A DNA stretch of 20,000 nt from an uncultured virus (IMG/VR IMGVR_UViG_3300028888_002345) (taxonomy: Duplodnaviria; Heunggongvirae; Uroviricota; Caudoviricetes). Both the position numbers and the translations under genes were made by a program. The stretch lies in the IMG/VR virus record IMGVR_UViG_3300028888_002345; one strand, given 5' to 3'. Within the stretch, counting starts at the first letter, position 1; each line of letters opens with the position of its first letter. This document shows, piece after piece, positions 1-6,324 of the stretch. The notes under the pieces were generated by a model. The model did no database searches. It worked only from the letters and a program-made list of their open reading frames with translations, and had not been told where the DNA came from.

Positions 1-11
1 GGGAAGAAAAA

Positions 12-377
12 ATGACAAAAGCAGAAGAAATTAAAAATTACATGAAAAACCTTGGTATCTCAAAAGAAGAAGCAGAACAGCTTTGGGAAGATGACCATAA
101 TGATGTAGTTACTCCCGAAATGGCAGAGATGGAAAAGAAAGCAAAGCAGATTAAAAGATACGAAAAATCTGATAATAAAAGAAAGGCTTCCACAAAAGAA
201 AGAAAAGTAGATGAAGAAAAGAAAGCTTTCCTTAATGGCTTTAGAATCTTTGCAGAGGGTAAAGGTGGAAAAGTTACTGCAATTAAAAATGAAGCAGAAT
301 TCTCTTTTACCTACGGTGAAAATTCCTATACTGTAAAACTCGTCAAGCATCGCCCCGAAAAGAAAGGAGAAAAATAA
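12..377 (+). CDS. Hypothetical phage protein, 121 aa; paralog of 3518..3928
   Basis: Clean ORF ending in TAA. Shares 'M.NL.IS.EEA...DH' and the C-terminal 'N.E...F....YT.KLV.HR..K.GE' pattern with 3518..3928. Confidence 0.85.
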   Translation: MTKAEEIKNYMKNLGISKEEAEQLWEDDHNDVVTPEMAEMEKKAKQIKRYEKSDNKRKASTKERKVDEEKKAFLNGFRIFAEGKGGKVTAIKNEAEFSFTYGENSYTVKLVKHRPEKKGEK

Positions 378-378
378 A

Positions 379-630
379 ATGAAAAAGTTTTTTAGAATTG
401 AAGAGGGTTATAAATTTGAGTGGAATGACCTTAGATGTTTTATTACCGTTGTAAATGTAATTCTTATTATGATTTACGGGTTGTCAATTTCTTGGTTTGG
501 TCTTGCTGTCGCTGTAATAGGAATAATTAAAGATATTAAAACAGATAGAAGGGTAAATGGTCTTCTGATGCATATTGCAAATGCAAGTTTGAATATTTAC
601 TTTTTGCTGAGTTATTACAAAATTATTTAA
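379..630 (+). CDS. Small membrane protein, 83 aa
   Basis: AAAGGAG RBS; about three hydrophobic stretches; TAA stop. Confidence 0.8.
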   Translation: MKKFFRIEEGYKFEWNDLRCFITVVNVILIMIYGLSISWFGLAVAVIGIIKDIKTDRRVNGLLMHIANASLNIYFLLSYYKII

Positions 631-635
631 CCGCG

Positions 636-660
636 GGCGCCCTTAATTTTTAAGGGCGTG
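636..660 (+). terminator. GC-rich hairpin after the 379..630 stop, possible terminator
   Basis: gcgcccttaa...ttaagggcgt inverted repeat; no clear U-tract; similar hairpin at 2432-2460. Confidence 0.4.
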
Positions 661-757
661 CCCTTGGCCCGGCCGCATAAAAAAATTTTTCAAAAAACCC
701 TTGACAAACCCAGCTTTTTGTGGCGGCCCGCGTTCCTCCGGCGCGGGCTGATTTTTC

Positions 758-787
758 ATTATACCACACACGCCGCAATTTTGTCAA
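758..787 (-). promoter_or_regulatory. Antisense sigma70/SigA-type promoter
   Basis: Reverse strand TTGACA-N18-TATAAT with extended -10 TG. Confidence 0.6.
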
Positions 788-846
788 GAGAAATTTTGTA
801 CAAATTTTTTAATTAAAAATCCCGATATTTTGTGCAATATTGCCTA

Positions 847-875
847 TTGCTTTTTAAAGAATCTTTTGTTATAAT
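847..875 (+). promoter_or_regulatory. sigma70/SigA-type promoter
   Basis: TTGCTT-N17-TATAAT with TG extension. Confidence 0.7.
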
Positions 876-955
876 AATAAATGTCAAGAGGGAACGGTAG
901 CCTACACCGAAAAGATAACAGTAGGTCGGGTTGCTGAAAAAAATAAAAAAAATTC

Positions 956-984
956 TTGACAAATAAAAAACCTTATGTTATAAT
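956..984 (+). promoter_or_regulatory. Consensus sigma70/SigA promoter
   Basis: TTGACA-N17-TATAAT, TG extension, A-tract upstream. Confidence 0.85.
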
Positions 985-989
985 AAATA

Positions 990-1125
990 CATAAGATAAA
1001 GAAAGGGGAAACAAAAATGATGCGATGTAGGAAAAAAGCGCTTAGGGAAGGGTGGGCGCTATGACATAAAACCATCCCTCTTGAGGGGTAGCGCAAGGCG
1101 CCTGCGTCCCTCTCGTATGGCAAAA
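990..1125 (+). ncRNA. Putative structured small RNA or 15-aa leader peptide (MMRCRKKALREGWAL)
   Basis: GC-rich island between two perfect promoters, with hairpins agcgct/ggcgct and gaggg/ccctc; no long ORF. Confidence 0.35.
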
Positions 1126-1147
1126 ATAAAAAAAATAAAAAAAACTA

Positions 1148-1176
1148 TTGACAACCTTTTAAAAATTTGATATAAT
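1148..1176 (+). promoter_or_regulatory. Consensus sigma70/SigA promoter
   Basis: TTGACA-N17-TATAAT. Confidence 0.85.
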
Positions 1177-1227
1177 AAATACATAAAGAAAAACAAACAC
1201 ACTTACAAAAGAAAGGAAGTATGTACT

Positions 1228-1566
1228 ATGACTAAGAAAGAAAACTTCAACGCAATCGCAACTATCCTCAACGAAATGGGCAATCATGACTTTGATGAGT
1301 TTATCGCTCATGAGGTCGAGCTTCTGAATAAGAAGCGCACTGGTAGCAAGACGCCGACCAAGCGTCAGAAAGAGAATGAAATTCTCAAAGAACACATTCT
1401 CGGGGTTCTGTCCGATGAGGGCATGACGGTAACTGAAATCATGACCACTCTCAACGAAGATGGTCTTACCAATCAGAGGGTGAGTGCCAACCTTAAACAG
1501 ATGGTTGACAACGGCACTGTTAACAAGGCTGTTGTAAAGGGTAAGTCGCTGTTTACCCTTGCATGA
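1228..1566 (+). CDS. Winged-helix DNA-binding protein, 112 aa (paralog 1 of 3)
   Basis: Own promoter and RBS. C-terminal 'MTVTEI...NQRVSANLKQMVDNGTVNK' fits an ArsR/BlaI-like wHTH. Similar to 2848..3186 and 12177..12539. Confidence 0.8.
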   Translation: MTKKENFNAIATILNEMGNHDFDEFIAHEVELLNKKRTGSKTPTKRQKENEILKEHILGVLSDEGMTVTEIMTTLNEDGLTNQRVSANLKQMVDNGTVNKAVVKGKSLFTLA

Positions 1567-1611
1567 CTTCCCTTGCACGCTTCCTAAATAGCGTACCACG
1601 CAAGGCTTTAG

Positions 1612-1635
1612 GGGACTGGAAACAGTCCCTTTTTT
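1612..1635 (+). terminator. Rho-independent terminator
   Basis: gggactg-gaaa-cagtccc followed by T6. Confidence 0.85.
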
Positions 1636-1645
1636 ATTATACGTT

Positions 1646-1697
1646 TTGTTAAAAAATTAACAAGCTGGACCGGCGCGCATTGTTAAAAAAATCACAG
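1646..1697. repeat. 52-bp symmetric element: 18-bp palindromic box, N6-CCGG-N6, second degenerate box
   Basis: TTGTTAAAAAATTAACAA gctgga CCGG cgcgca TTGTTAAAAAAATCACAG; same geometry at 3389-3440. Confidence 0.75.
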
Positions 1698-1820
1698 TCT
1701 GAAGTTTTAAAAACATAGATGTCTATCCTAATAAATTTACTGAAATTTAAGATGTGTTTTCATTCACTGAACATTTTATCGTTTAAAAGAAAAAATCTTA
1801 AAAATTTTAGTAAATTCTGC

Positions 1821-1850
1821 TTGACAGCTTTTACTTACTTGTGGTATAAT
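1821..1850 (+). promoter_or_regulatory. sigma70/SigA promoter
   Basis: TTGACA-N18-TATAAT with TG. Confidence 0.8.
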
Positions 1851-1881
1851 TATCTCATCAATAGAGAGGAGATAAAATAAG

Positions 1882-2448
1882 ATGAATCCTTATGTATTTA
1901 AAAGTGATGTTCCCCATGAAAAAAGACTACAGGTTGTTTATCTTGGACTTAAAGAAAAACTTCCGCCTAAGAAAATCAGTAGTTATGTAAATTATGCCGT
2001 TTCTACAATAAGAACTTATTTACATAAATTTAAAGAACTTCTTTCGGAAGCTATTGAATTTTTTAAACCTAATGTTGAAATTATTTCAAAAGTAAAAGAT
2101 ATTCCAAATGCTGATAAATGTTATTGTTTTAAATTTTATGGCTGTGATGATGAAATTCTTTTCACTAAAATTGGGACAACGGTAAGAGCCACTAATAAAA
2201 GGTTAAAAGAAGAAATCAAGTCTTACACAAAAGCAGGTTTTACTATTGCTAAAGTAGTCATTGAAAGTATTATTGATTGTGGGTCAATTCCATCAGAAGG
2301 AGCAGAAAGTTTTACAAGAGCAATATTTATTCAAAAGTATCCTAACACTTTTAAAAAGAATGATAGGTTTATGGGAGTAGATATTCCTGTAGAAATTTTT
2401 AATAAAACTGTTGAAACTTACTTTAAAACTGCGGGAGCCCTTAATTAA
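1882..2448 (+). CDS. HTH plus putative GIY-YIG (T5orf172-like) nuclease-domain protein, 188 aa
   Basis: GAGGAG RBS; N-terminal 'PKKISSYVNYAVSTIRTYL' HTH-like; 'CYCFKF...FTKIGTTVR..NKRLKE' resembles the T5orf172/GIY-YIG motif. Confidence 0.6.
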   Translation: MNPYVFKSDVPHEKRLQVVYLGLKEKLPPKKISSYVNYAVSTIRTYLHKFKELLSEAIEFFKPNVEIISKVKDIPNADKCYCFKFYGCDDEILFTKIGTTVRATNKRLKEEIKSYTKAGFTIAKVVIESIIDCGSIPSEGAESFTRAIFIQKYPNTFKKNDRFMGVDIPVEIFNKTVETYFKTAGALN

Positions 2449-2466
2449 CAAGGGCACCCGTTTAGT

Positions 2467-2494
2467 CCGGCCGCGATTGTTAAACTTTTATCAA
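2467..2494. repeat. Half copy of the CCGG/TTGTTAA element
   Basis: CCGG ccgcga TTGTTAAACTTTTATCAA, same 6-nt spacing. Confidence 0.65.
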
Positions 2495-2515
2495 AGATTG
2501 TACTTAAATAAGAAC

Positions 2516-2544
2516 TTGCTTTCTTTAAAAATTTTTGATATAAT
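2516..2544 (+). promoter_or_regulatory. sigma70/SigA promoter with no convincing downstream gene
   Basis: TTGCTT-N17-TATAAT with TG. Confidence 0.65.
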
Positions 2545-2612
2545 TATTATGTCGAAAGGGAAAAGGAAAGTTAAAGCTTCAAAAAAACTTTCAAAAAAAA
2601 ATTAAAAACCTA

Positions 2613-2641
2613 TTGACAAACAAAAAAACTTATGTTATAAT
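2613..2641 (+). promoter_or_regulatory. Consensus sigma70/SigA promoter
   Basis: TTGACA-N17-TATAAT; near-identical to 956-984, including the downstream AAATACATAAGATAAA. Confidence 0.85.
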
Positions 2642-2647
2642 AAATAC

Positions 2648-2747
2648 ATAAGATAAATAAAGAAAGCGGTTATAAAGTAGTGAGAAAACCTACCTAGTGC
2701 GCACAAGGCAAACTCATTCAACCAATTTCACGGAGTTTAAAATCTCC
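2648..2747 (+). ncRNA. Putative small structured RNA
   Basis: About 100-nt non-coding unit between two perfect promoters; short pairings gtag/ctac, tgag/ctca, ggag/ctcc. Confidence 0.3.
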
Positions 2748-2767
2748 AAAAAAATTTAAAAAAACTC

Positions 2768-2796
2768 TTGACAACTTAATAAAGAAATGCTATAAT
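2768..2796 (+). promoter_or_regulatory. Consensus sigma70/SigA promoter
   Basis: TTGACA-N17-TATAAT with TG. Confidence 0.85.
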
Positions 2797-2847
2797 AAAC
2801 ATGTAAAGAAAAACAAAACACTTTAAAAAAGAAAGAGGTAATGTACT

Positions 2848-3186
2848 ATGGCTATGACTTATGTTGATGCTCTCACTGTTGCTATTAACGCTGTTGATTC
2901 TGAAACTGCTGAAAAGCTTACGGCTCTTAAGGCTCAGCTGATGAAGAAAAAGGGTTCTTCCAAGCCGACTAAAACTCAGGTTGCTAACGAAGCAACTAAA
3001 GCGGAAATCCGCGAGGTTCTCGGTTCTGCTGATGAACCGATGACTGTTTCGGAAATCCTTAAGGCTCTTCCGAATGACTACTCTTCGCAGAAAATTTCTG
3101 CTCTGCTTCGGCAGATGGGTGAAGATGGAACGAAAGAGGTCGTAAAGACCATTGAGAAGAAAGTTTCTCGTTTCGCTCTCGCGTGA
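2848..3186 (+). CDS. Winged-helix DNA-binding protein, 112 aa (paralog 2 of 3)
   Basis: GAGGT RBS; 'KK.GS..PTKTQ..NE..K..I..VL....PMTVSEI...SQKISALLRQM' aligns with 1228..1566. Confidence 0.8.
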   Translation: MAMTYVDALTVAINAVDSETAEKLTALKAQLMKKKGSSKPTKTQVANEATKAEIREVLGSADEPMTVSEILKALPNDYSSQKISALLRQMGEDGTKEVVKTIEKKVSRFALA

Positions 3187-3236
3187 GCCTAAAAGGTTTT
3201 GGCGGTTTTAGTCCTTAAAAACCGCCTGCGGTTTCT

Positions 3237-3308
3237 GCGTCTGTCGCCTAAAGGTATGGCACACGACTTTTAATCGTGACTATGTGGGTTCGATTCCCAC
3301 CAGACGCA
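3237..3308 (+). tRNA. tRNA-Lys (anticodon UUU), no encoded CCA
   Basis: Acceptor gcgtctg/cagacgc; D-arm gcc/ggc; anticodon stem cacga/tcgtg with loop CTTTTAA; T-arm gtggg-TTCGATT-cccac. Confidence 0.9.
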
Positions 3309-3350
3309 TTTTTTATCTAAAATTTGTTTTCTTCTCCTTTCCTTGGTGTT

Positions 3351-3376
3351 GGGCTAGACAATCGTCTAGCCCTTTT
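3351..3376 (+). terminator. Rho-independent terminator
   Basis: gggctagac-aatc-gtctagccc followed by TTTT. Confidence 0.8.
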
Positions 3377-3388
3377 CGTTTGTCCTTA

Positions 3389-3440
3389 TTGTTAAAAGTT
3401 TAACAAGCCGCTCCGGGTCACATTGTTAAAAAAACTACTT
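3389..3440. repeat. Second full copy of the 52-bp symmetric element
   Basis: TTGTTAAAAGTTTAACAA gccgct CCGG gtcaca TTGTTAAAAAAACTACTT. Confidence 0.75.
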
Positions 3441-3452
3441 TCAAAATCCCTA

Positions 3453-3481
3453 TTGACATTTTAAAAAATTTTTGTTATACT
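3453..3481 (+). promoter_or_regulatory. sigma70/SigA promoter
   Basis: TTGACA-N17-TATACT with TG. Confidence 0.8.
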
Positions 3482-3517
3482 TTAATTACAAAAGATAAAA
3501 GAAAGGAGAAACCCGAG

Positions 3518-3928
3518 ATGAAATATAAAGGTTACGAAATCCCCAATAAAGAGATTGATAAAATGATGGATACTCTTGATATTTCTCTTGAAGAAGCTTG
3601 CGAGGTTTATCTTTTTGACCATGACTTAATAGAGAATAAGGAAGTTGAAGAAATAACTAAAAAAGCTACAAAAAATCGTATTACTTCTACGATTCATGGT
3701 GCAAAAGGTGAAAAAAAGGAAAGAAAACCAAGAGAAAAGAAAGAAAATACACTGAAAAAACAGATTATTTCTCATATTTTTGATAGTTTTTTCTACGATA
3801 ATGTAAGAGAAAGTTATCCAAATCTTGAAATTTCTATCAGAAATGATGAAAAATACATTGATTTAATCATTGATAACAGAGAATTTACAATAAATCTTGT
3901 AGAACATCGTAAAAAGAAAGGGGAATAA
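3518..3928 (+). CDS. Hypothetical phage protein, 136 aa; paralog of 12..377
   Basis: AAAGGAG RBS, own promoter, motifs shared with 12..377. Confidence 0.85.
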   Translation: MKYKGYEIPNKEIDKMMDTLDISLEEACEVYLFDHDLIENKEVEEITKKATKNRITSTIHGAKGEKKERKPREKKENTLKKQIISHIFDSFFYDNVRESYPNLEISIRNDEKYIDLIIDNREFTINLVEHRKKKGE

Positions 3929-3930
3929 TT

Positions 3931-4242
3931 ATGACATTCGAACCTAAAATTAGCGGTACAAAAGTAGAAGGATTTTCTATCACTCCTATTTTTGCAGAAC
4001 AAATTGTTCTTTTATCTGATGCTCAAAAGGTAATCAAAAGACAGGAAACAATGAATTGTCTTCTTGATAACTTTCGTTTTACTAAATGTAACGAAAATTA
4101 TCCTAATGAATGGTATGCCATTCTTGATTTTGATACTATTTTTAAATTATCTGTACTGGAAAACTATCCCGAATATGAAAAAGAATTTATTGATTATTTT
4201 GGAAAAAGCTGGTTCAAACAGTACATTAGATTCAATCATTAA
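3931..4242 (+). CDS. Hypothetical protein, 103 aa
   Basis: AAAGGGG RBS, closely follows the upstream gene, TAA stop. Confidence 0.8.
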   Translation: MTFEPKISGTKVEGFSITPIFAEQIVLLSDAQKVIKRQETMNCLLDNFRFTKCNENYPNEWYAILDFDTIFKLSVLENYPEYEKEFIDYFGKSWFKQYIRFNH

Positions 4243-4344
4243 AACTGCGGGTGGTGGTCTAATCTTCACCGCCCTATTCTTTTTTTTCTTTGATTTTTTA
4301 AAAGAGAGGTTAAGAAAAACATCTTAAAAAATAAGCATAATTGC

Positions 4345-4375
4345 TTGTTATTTTCTTAACAATCTGCCCGGGCGA
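4345..4375. repeat. Half copy of the TTGTTAA/CCGG element
   Basis: TTGTTATTTTCTTAACAA tctgc CCGG. Confidence 0.6.
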
Positions 4376-4413
4376 ACTTCTCATCATTTTTTTAAAAAAT
4401 TTTAATTTTTTGC

Positions 4414-4442
4414 TTGACACAAGATATTTTATTTGCTATAAT
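4414..4442 (+). promoter_or_regulatory. Consensus sigma70/SigA promoter
   Basis: TTGACA-N17-TATAAT with TG. Confidence 0.85.
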
Positions 4443-4471
4443 TTACTTATCAAAAGAAAGGAGAAAAGAAA

Positions 4472-4663
4472 ATGAAAACAAACAAAGGACACATTCACTG
4501 CCCAGCTAATGCATGGGATTGCCCCTATTTTGATGCTAATGGATGTTGCATGATGTATCCCGATGCAGACCCAAAAGAAGAATGTGATGATTTCTATTTC
4601 TTCTGGGATGAAGATGATGATTACATTTGTTACAATAACCACGAAGGAGAAGAAAATGATTAA
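4472..4663 (+). CDS. Small Cys-rich acidic protein, 63 aa
   Basis: AAAGGAG RBS; CPANAWDCPYF...CC...ECDDF; very acidic C-terminus. Confidence 0.8.
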   Translation: MKTNKGHIHCPANAWDCPYFDANGCCMMYPDADPKEECDDFYFFWDEDDDYICYNNHEGEEND

Positions 4664-4907
4664 GGACTGGAATAGAAGCGAAGTAATGACACTTAAAGAT
4701 GTTTTTCATTTTAAAAATTCTTTAAGACCTTTTGTTACTGTAGATACTAATAGTGGAATTATTGGAGAACTTTTTATTGACATTAATGAAGGAGTAGCTT
4801 ATAATTTAGATGAATTAGAATACGAAGGGCTTGAATTCTATTCAAAAGAAGAAGATAAAGATTTTAAGGGTGTTGAAATAGACGGAACTATTAAAGAATG
4901 GTTTTAA
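4656..4907 (+). CDS. Hypothetical acidic protein, 83 aa (start reassigned from 4563)
   Basis: GAAGGAG RBS precedes ATG 4656, which overlaps the upstream gene's 3' end. Confidence 0.75.
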   Translation: MIKDWNRSEVMTLKDVFHFKNSLRPFVTVDTNSGIIGELFIDINEGVAYNLDELEYEGLEFYSKEEDKDFKGVEIDGTIKEWF

Positions 4908-4955
4908 CTGCGGGTACAGGTCTAACGGGGATTAGATTAGTCTAATCTCCTTTGA

Positions 4956-4983
4956 CCGGGCCGCCGCGTTAAATAAATAACTT
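4956..4983. repeat. Degenerate half copy of the CCGG/GTTAA element
   Basis: CCGG gccgcc GCGTTAAATAAATAACTT, same 6-nt spacing. Confidence 0.5.
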
Positions 4984-4994
4984 TTAAAAAACTC

Positions 4995-5023
4995 TTGACA
5001 ACTCTTTTTCTATCTGATATAAT
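4995..5023 (+). promoter_or_regulatory. Consensus sigma70/SigA promoter
   Basis: TTGACA-N17-TATAAT with TG. Confidence 0.85.
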
Positions 5024-5048
5024 TAAACCATCGAAAGGAGATAAAGAA

Positions 5049-5222
5049 ATGACACACATTGAACTTATTAAAGCAATCAAATCAAATTTTCAAAAAGAAT
5101 TTAAAGAAAATCCTACTACTTCTGAGCAGGTAAATGCTTTCCGAAGAGGTGTAATTTACGCTTATGATTATCTTATTGTTGTTTTAAAAAATGATGATTC
5201 ATGGATTTACGAAAGGAGATAA
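5049..5222 (+). CDS. Hypothetical protein, 57 aa
   Basis: AAAGGAG RBS before ATG 5049; the track's 4995 start lies in the -35 box. Confidence 0.75.
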   Translation: MTHIELIKAIKSNFQKEFKENPTTSEQVNAFRRGVIYAYDYLIVVLKNDDSWIYERR

Positions 5223-5227
5223 TTAAA

Positions 5228-5458
5228 ATGACAGTAGGACAAATTATGGTAGAAGTTAGAAAACTTAATGATGAAGAACTTAAAAATCTTGAAGATAATA
5301 TTCATGACCTTAAAAAAGACCGTGAAAATACCAAAAGAGAAAAAGCAGTAAATGAGCTTAGGAAAGCATGGGATATGGCGGTTTCTCTCGGAGTTGCAAT
5401 TTATGATAATGATGGTTATCAAATTGTAAATTTTGAAGACTTAGACTATCAGTTTTAA
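5228..5458 (+). CDS. Hypothetical coiled-coil protein, 76 aa
   Basis: AAAGGAG RBS before ATG 5228; terminator follows. Confidence 0.8.
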   Translation: MTVGQIMVEVRKLNDEELKNLEDNIHDLKKDRENTKREKAVNELRKAWDMAVSLGVAIYDNDGYQIVNFEDLDYQF

Positions 5459-5460
5459 AT

Positions 5461-5483
5461 AAACACCCTTCGGGGTGTTTTTT
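5461..5483 (+). terminator. Rho-independent terminator
   Basis: aaacaccc-ttcg-gggtgttt followed by a T-tract. Confidence 0.85.
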
Positions 5484-5583
5484 ATTTAACTACAATTAAA
5501 GTCCTCTAACTTTGCCGGCGCGATAATGTTCCACCTGCGCCGAAAAATCCTCCACTTGTCAATAGGTAATTTTCACAAATAAA

Positions 5584-5967
5584 ATGTTAAATTTTTAACA
5601 ATCTTCCTTTTTCCCGAAATTTTATTATGCAATAGTAACAAAAAAAGGTTTACATAATATTTATTTTTTGTACAATAGTACTAAATTTATAAAAAGTCAA
5701 TAGACAAAATGAACAAAAAAATATTGTTAAATTTTTAACAATGCCGTTAAAAATTTAACAATCCTCTCCGCTTTAGCACTGTAAAGCGTTACGCTTTAGT
5801 GTATTGAAGTCAGCAAGAGTAACGATCAAAAGAAAAGAGAGTATATGGTCTATATGGCTAGTTGGAATGGTTAAAGCATATGTACGCGGCAGCTGGTCAA
5901 AGAAGAAATGACTAACTATATGGATTTTTAATCTAGTTAAAGGGAAGGATTGTTAAAATTTTAACAA
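5584..5967. repeat. Cluster of four 18-bp palindromic TTGTTAA-N4-TTAACAA boxes
   Basis: Copies at 5584, 5724, 5744 and 5950; the last is a perfect palindrome, TTGTTAAAATTTTAACAA. Confidence 0.8.
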
Positions 5968-6048
5968 TAATGCTTAACGGTAGATTTTTAAATTGCTATA
6001 AGGAATATTAGACTGGTCCTGTGCACCGCATCACTACAATTTTTATAA

Positions 6049-6066
6049 TTTTCCACATTTTCCACA
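6049..6066 (+). promoter_or_regulatory. Two tandem DnaA-box matches
   Basis: TTTTCCACA TTTTCCACA; each matches the consensus TTWTNCACA. Confidence 0.4.
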
Positions 6067-6099
6067 ATTTTACTATTTTTCCAAAGCCTTTGATTTATT

Positions 6100-6324
6100 T
6101 TACCAATAATATATATCCTATTTATAACGAGAAGGTATTATTCCTTTTTCTCTTCTTTCTTCCAATACTTCTAAAACCTTATTAAACATTTCTTTTGTCT
6201 CTTCTATCCCTGCTTCTTCTCTATTCTATTTCATTCTTTTCATAAGCTAATAATAAGACTAACCTTCATTTTCGTAATTTTCTATAATCTGCTTTCTCCA
6301 GTTATCAGTCATTGTTATACTCAT
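6100..6324 (-). CDS. Hypothetical protein, 74 aa, TAG-recoded (4 TAG)
   Basis: Perfect AAGGAGG RBS; with TAG read through, MSITMTDNWRKQIIENYENEG*SYY*LMKRMK*NREE...RYK*DIYYW ends at TAA. Confidence 0.75.

Noticed and set aside
2699..2747. c-di-GMP-I riboswitch resemblance (GCACAAGGCAAAC)
   Set aside because: Lacks the GAAA-tetraloop P2 stem and the downstream GCAAAGC segment.
3237..3308. Possible amber suppressor tRNA
   Set aside because: The anticodon loop is CTTTTAA (UUU, Lys), not CUA.
60..5422. Minus-strand and alternate-frame track ORFs (60..350, 902..1123, 1159..1599, 2411..2605, 3814..4002, 4064..4327, 4436..4642, 5207..5422)
   Set aside because: Shadows of RBS-supported plus-strand genes or spans across promoters; no RBS; skewed composition.
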